Positions 59,199 through 64,000 of a stretch of DNA of 64,000 nt are shown one piece after another; the first letter of the stretch is position 1; the number at the start of each line of letters is the position of its first letter. Under the pieces are notes generated by a model that saw nothing but the letters and a program-made list of their open reading frames with translations, did not search any database and was not told where the DNA came from. The stretch lies in NCBI GenBank assembly GCA_951804945.1, contig OX638154.1:57846001-57910000 (forward strand), given 5' to 3'. A program made the position numbers and the translations under genes. The DNA comes from Podarcis cretensis. Its lineage: Eukaryota.

Positions 59199-60186
59199 TC
59201 ATACAGAGTACTTCTGAATTCTAAGTGTGTTATCAAAATGCTGATTAGTGTTAATGCTGATTAGTATTATTTACTTGGGCTGCAATCCAAAGAAGTGACA
59301 TGCACACATAAGGAAAAACTATTTGCGGAGCCTGAACTTCATTTGTTGTTTCTGCTGTAGCAATTTTTCCTACCCAAGTGACTTGAAAAAAAGACATCTA
59401 AGTCAGTAGTTTATGTCAAGTTTCCCTTTGATACTTCTTCATATAATTCCAAAACAGTGGTGCAAATCTGACCACTCAACCATCTTTGTTGCACTGTCTA
59501 CATTTTACAACCTTACCTGTTTTTACCTATGAAGAGATTGTTGGCATATAGGGTCTTTCAGATGACCAACACCTGTGATAGTTTGTGTAAAAGTAACAGT
59601 AGAATCCTAATTCAGTGGGATTTACTCAAAGGCAAGTGGGTATATGAAACACCCATGGCTGATGAGAAGCGTGGTCTGATAGTTACTCAGCACTCTAAAG
59701 CAGTTTATTTTCATCAAGTGAAAATGAAATGGCTATATCTGCCCGTGTAAATGTCAGTGTTTGAGAACTGCTCAAACTGGTTCTTTATTTGCATAGGAAA
59801 GCCTCCTTAACTCAATGTATCTGGTGGAGGTATTTATTCAGTTTAGAGATTAACTATAGGATCAAGATGCTTAGATCTAAATGATTGAATATTAATCTGG
59901 TTATCACTAAAGATAAAATTACTATTTACAATGTTCTTTTTTAAAAATATCTTCAACTGCTGATGAAAAAGATAAGCTGCCTTTAAAAACAACCACTATG
60001 GGAACTGTTGAACCAAAATCAGATTATTCTTCTTCTTTTGGTTGTGGCCTTAGAAATATTCCCTACTGCTGCTGCTTTTTAGTTTGTGTTTCACTGTATT
60101 TCTGTATCTCAATTAAAGCCAGCTAGCTTCACTTCTCTTTTCATGCATGCATTTCTTTTGATGAGTTGTTCCCATCTCTTCCTTAG

Positions 60187-60356
60187 TGGCTCAGCCCAGA
60201 GAACAAAGACGTGTTTGGTTTGCTGATGGCATCTTACCCAATGGGGAAGTTGCTGATGCAGCCAAATTGACAGTGGCTGGAACAACCTCCCCTGGAGCGC
60301 TAGCAGTGTCACATGATCCAAGCAAACCCATGAGCAACACTACTTCACCCGTAGAG
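60187..60356 (+). CDS. ZFYVE9: ZFYVE9 exon with RVWF PP1-docking motif
   Basis: [28 protein letters not shown]...SPVE|gtgagg; 170 nt. Confidence 0.97.
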
Positions 60357-60563
60357 GTGAGGAAAAGCTCTGATTTTTGTTGTAATATGTTGGACATGTC
60401 TCTTGGTCAGAGGGTACAGGCAGAAGTAGCTTCCCTAGCAATGTATTTTTACATGAGAGCCTATAGTACAGATTGTTTTTTGTATCTTGTATTTTACAAA
60501 ATGAAGAGTAAAATATGTCTAGTTATGCATTTACATAGTGTTGTTGTTTACTGCTTCTTGTAG

Positions 60564-60687
60564 ACTGAAAACACACTTGCATTTTCAAGAAGCATTACTC
60601 AGGTTGGAAGTCCAGTTGGCAGTGCGATGAATCTTATTCCAGAAGATGGGCTTCCTCCAATTCTTATTTCTACGGGGGTGAAAGGAG
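60564..60687 (+). CDS. ZFYVE9: ZFYVE9 exon
   Basis: ttgtag|ACT; TENTLAFSRSITQVGSPVGSAMNLIPEDGLPPILISTGVKG-G|gtgaga; 124 nt. Confidence 0.95.
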
Positions 60688-61060
60688 GTGAGAATTAAAC
60701 TGTGGTGTGTCTGTTTTTGGGTTTAATGAGTAACATTCCATCCTAGAGCAGTCCATATTGAAACCAAAGTCTTCTGGATCAAGGTCAAATAGTCTTGACT
60801 GTCAGTGGGCTGAATATTAACAGGCAAGGTCAGGCTTAATAAAATATCTGTTATCTCTAACACAAATGGGGATTCTGTGTACATATAATCATTCAGGTGT
60901 ACTGAATAGTGATGGGAGTTCAAAAGGTTGGCTTGGATGCATGTGAAATTGGAAGAAGGGATTGCATTTCTAGGAAAGTACCAATTTCTGGGGTAGTCCT
61001 TTTCTGAGCTGGGCTAGACGTTATCAGCACTACGGTGTGTGGTCACACATACAGCAAGTA

Positions 61061-61648
61061 CCGTATTTTTCGCCCTATAGGACGCACTTTTCCCCCTCCA
61101 AAAATGAAGGGGAAATCTGGGTGCGTCCTATGGGGCGAATGCAGGCTTTCACTGAAGCTTGGAGAGCGAGAGGGGTCGGTGCGCACCAACCCCTCTTGCT
61201 CTCCAGGCTTCAGGAAGACATCCGCAGCCTAGGCAGCCCTGCGGGAGTTCCCAAAGGGCTGTCTAGGCTGCGGATAGCAGCCTGCCGCCCGGCGTGCGGG
61301 ACGCCCAGAAGCAGAGCGCCCGCGCGCCGGACAGACATCCGCAGCGTGGGGAGCCTTGCAGGAGTTCCCTGCAGGGCTCCCCACGCTGCGGATAGCAGCC
61401 TGCCGCCCGGCGCGCGGGGCACCCTGAAGCAGAGCGCCCCTCGCACTGGGCAGACATCGGCCAGCCCCACAAGCTCGGGGGACAGCAGGGAGGCGCAGCG
61501 CCGCCATCCCGCTGTTCCTCGACCTTGTTCGGTTTCCCTGACCTGGTTTTGGGGGGGAAATAAAGGGAAATTTTTTTTCCTTTATTTCCCCCCCAAAAAA
61601 CTAGGTGCGTCCTATGGGACGGAGCGTCCTATGGGACGAAAAATACGG
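61061..61648. mobile_element. GC-rich mariner/Tigger-type MITE with CCGTA termini
   Basis: TA|CCGTATTTTTCGCCCTATAGGACGC...GCGTCCTATGGGACGAAAAATACGG|TA; internal 117-119 bp repeat units made of hairpins. Confidence 0.88.
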
Positions 61649-63018
61649 TACCTAATATCCAGTCTGATCTGTTGGCATACTGCCAATTTTTCTTGTTTAC
61701 ATCTTCCATATCAATGTCATGAAGTGTCTGCAATTTGAAGCAGTGGAGAATAATATCTCTGTGTAGCTACTTGTTTGCAATAGATAAAACTAAATGATTG
61801 CCTGTGAAATAAGACTCTTCATAAAATACTACCACGAGTTGCAAGTACTATTTGTTTAGTTATTTAAACAACTACAACTGACCAGTTTATAAACTCACTA
61901 ATTAAAAACCAATGACTATGGATATATTCCAAATTTATGGATAAATTCCAAGTTATTTTTTGCAGTAAATCTTATACCTGACAAACACTTCATTCTGTCA
62001 AAAGTCCTGATAGTCAAATAAAGTTTTTTAAAAAGGAAAACTAGAAGGGCTTCATGAATTTGTGTTTATGGGAATGCTTCAGAATATAGCCTTTAAATAT
62101 GATTTCATTAATTGATATTGTTATATATAATGGCACTGTAAACATAAGCAAATAAAAGCCACTTCCCAATATTCCATCATACTCTAGCATGGAACAGAAG
62201 AAAGGCCAGGGCTATGCAGATAGAAGAAGGCTTGGTGATCGGTGGCTAGGGTCCGCAGTTATAGGGAGAAAAATTATATCTTACCCAGTGGTACCCCTGT
62301 GTGCATACCTTTAATATCTCCCATGGCAGTAAAGGATTCCCATTTGCTCCTCTCAGGAAAAATGAAGGACTTTGATTGAGGAGTGAGAACCTGCATTCTA
62401 CCCCTTTTATTGAACTTTTATTGACAGGATCACACAGGAATGTATATCTACATGCAAAGCACATAGTTATACTGCACCCCGTGGCTTCCTTAGCATATAT
62501 AAACTGGTCTTCCCCATGGAAACCCCACCAATCCTTTTGAGGGTCGGCCTGCATATATTTGCAATACATGACGGGAGATGCCAAAACTGGTTTATAATGG
62601 TTATGTTTAATGCCGTATACTGCGCTTGACATAGAGGTATGTTGTGTAGAAGCCCCAGGGTAGAAATCTATTTTTGTTGCACTATCAAATAAAGATTTAC
62701 AAAGGTATTTATTATGGGTCTGTTAAACAAATGCTATTTCATTTTTTAAGAACAGGCAATAGTATTCAGTAATTGATTTCACAGTAATACTTTCACTGTT
62801 GTTGTTGGTATTACTAATAGCATGCATTTTTCAGATGTTACCTAAACCCAATGAAATGTTGGGGGGGGGGGGGGAATCTCATTTTTTAAAAATCCTCCAC
62901 CCATCCATTTGAATAAGGTGACAGACCACACAGTACTTAAATATGAGAGGTATGCTATTGCCAAATTGCATAAGAAACTTGACAACCATCATTTGACAGC
63001 TACCTTTTTTGCTTTCAG

Positions 63019-63141
63019 ATTATGCTGTAGAAGAAAAACCATCTCATATATCAGTGATGCAGCAGTTGGAAGATGGTGGCCCTGACCCCCTTGTGTTTGT
63101 TTTAAATGCAAATTTGCTGTCCATGGTTAAAATTGTGAACT
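63019..63141 (+). CDS. ZFYVE9: ZFYVE9 exon (last in window; gene continues)
   Basis: tttcag|AT; DYAVEEKPSHISVMQQLEDGGPDPLVFVLNANLLSMVKIVN-Y|gtaagt; 123 nt. Confidence 0.96.
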
Positions 63142-63511
63142 GTAAGTCCAGTTTATTTGGATGATGATAAAACGATCTTGCAATGAATCAATTTCCTTTG
63201 CTTTATAAAACATTTCCCTGTGAAAAACTTCTTGCACTGCAGAAAATCACCTTCAAGTAACAGTGGTGAATTGTCTTTCTGGTCTGTGTCTTGGAAGTGA
63301 TTGTGTGCCAAAATCCAGGATATTATTTTCTGAGGCCCAATATATGAATTCACATATTTAAAAGATGTGCTGGTCTTGATTTAATAGCAGCATATATTAC
63401 AGTGGAACTTCAGTACGCTGAATGATGGGGTTTATCAAACCATACTTCCTATGAGCATAACAAGATGCAGTTCAGACTATCCAGGATTTAGGATTATCTA
63501 TGGTGTAATTC

Positions 63512-63880
63512 GGGACGCGGGGTGGCGCTGTGGGTAAAACCTCAGTGCCTAGGACTTGCCGATCACATGGTCAGCGGTTCGAATCCCCGCAGCAGGGTGA
63601 GCTCCCGTCGTTCGGTCCCAGCTCCTGCCCACCTAGCAGTTCGAAAGCACCCCTAAGTGCAAGTAGATAAGTAGGTACCGCTTTATAGCGGGAAGGTAAA
63701 CGGCGTTTCCGTGTGCTGCTCTGGTGCTGGTTCGCCAGAGCAGCTTCGTCACGCTGGCCACGTGACCCGGAAGTGTCTACGGACAGCGCTGGCTCCCGGC
63801 CTCTAGAGTGAGATGAGCGCACAACCCTAGAGTCTGTCAAGACTGGCCCGTACGGGCAGGGGTACCTTTACCTTTACCTT
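63512..63880 (+). mobile_element. Sauria SINE, full length
   Basis: Closely similar to the 27964 copy; perfect 13-bp TSD TATGGTGTAATTC at 63499-63511 and 63881-63893. Confidence 0.93.
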
Positions 63881-64000
63881 TATGGTGTAATTCAGCATAA
63901 CTCTAAGAGGGGTACACCTACAGGGAACAAGGTCTACTCATGCAGTGGGACTTCCCTTGCTCTTCTCTCCCCATTTGTCCCCTAAACCTGTTCTGATGGT

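Noticed and set aside
61037-61738. 233-aa ORF as a possible transposase or novel gene
   Set aside because: Coincides with a GC-rich MITE; the translation repeats with the 117-bp unit and has no DDE/D or HTH motifs.

Overview
Vertebrate nuclear DNA from a squamate reptile, probably a lacertid lizard (inferred from two full-length Sauria SINEs with (ACCTTT)n tails plus squamate L2/CR1/L1 and mariner-type MITE repeats). The window holds the conserved amniote block TXNDC12(-) / BTF3L4(+) / ZFYVE9(+). I reconstructed the exons by hand from GT-AG boundaries and phase continuity. TXNDC12 (ERp18): complete, 7 coding exons, 9680->3186, 168 aa, signal peptide, WCGAC active site, C-terminal GDEL. BTF3L4: complete, 5 coding exons, 14368-21613, 158 aa, sharing a head-to-head CpG-island promoter with TXNDC12. 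ZFYVE9/SARA: 5' part only, with 2 leader exons and 7 coding exons (46022-63141) covering the FYVE, Smad-binding and RVWF PP1 motifs; it runs off the right edge. Most other ORFs in the track are chance, CpG-island or repeat ORFs. I see no prokaryote-type system such as CRISPR. Best candidates for something undescribed: (1) a spliced 49-aa upstream ORF with a Leu4-Pro6 run, plus nested uAUGs, in the ZFYVE9 leader; (2) a JIP1-like [10 protein letters not shown] motif in SARA; (3) a GC-rich MITE whose internal hairpin units co-vary; (4) two Sauria SINEs whose target-site duplications both end in GTAATTC; (5) absence of the nested KTI12 gene that mammals carry in TXNDC12. All are hypotheses, and no database searches were run.
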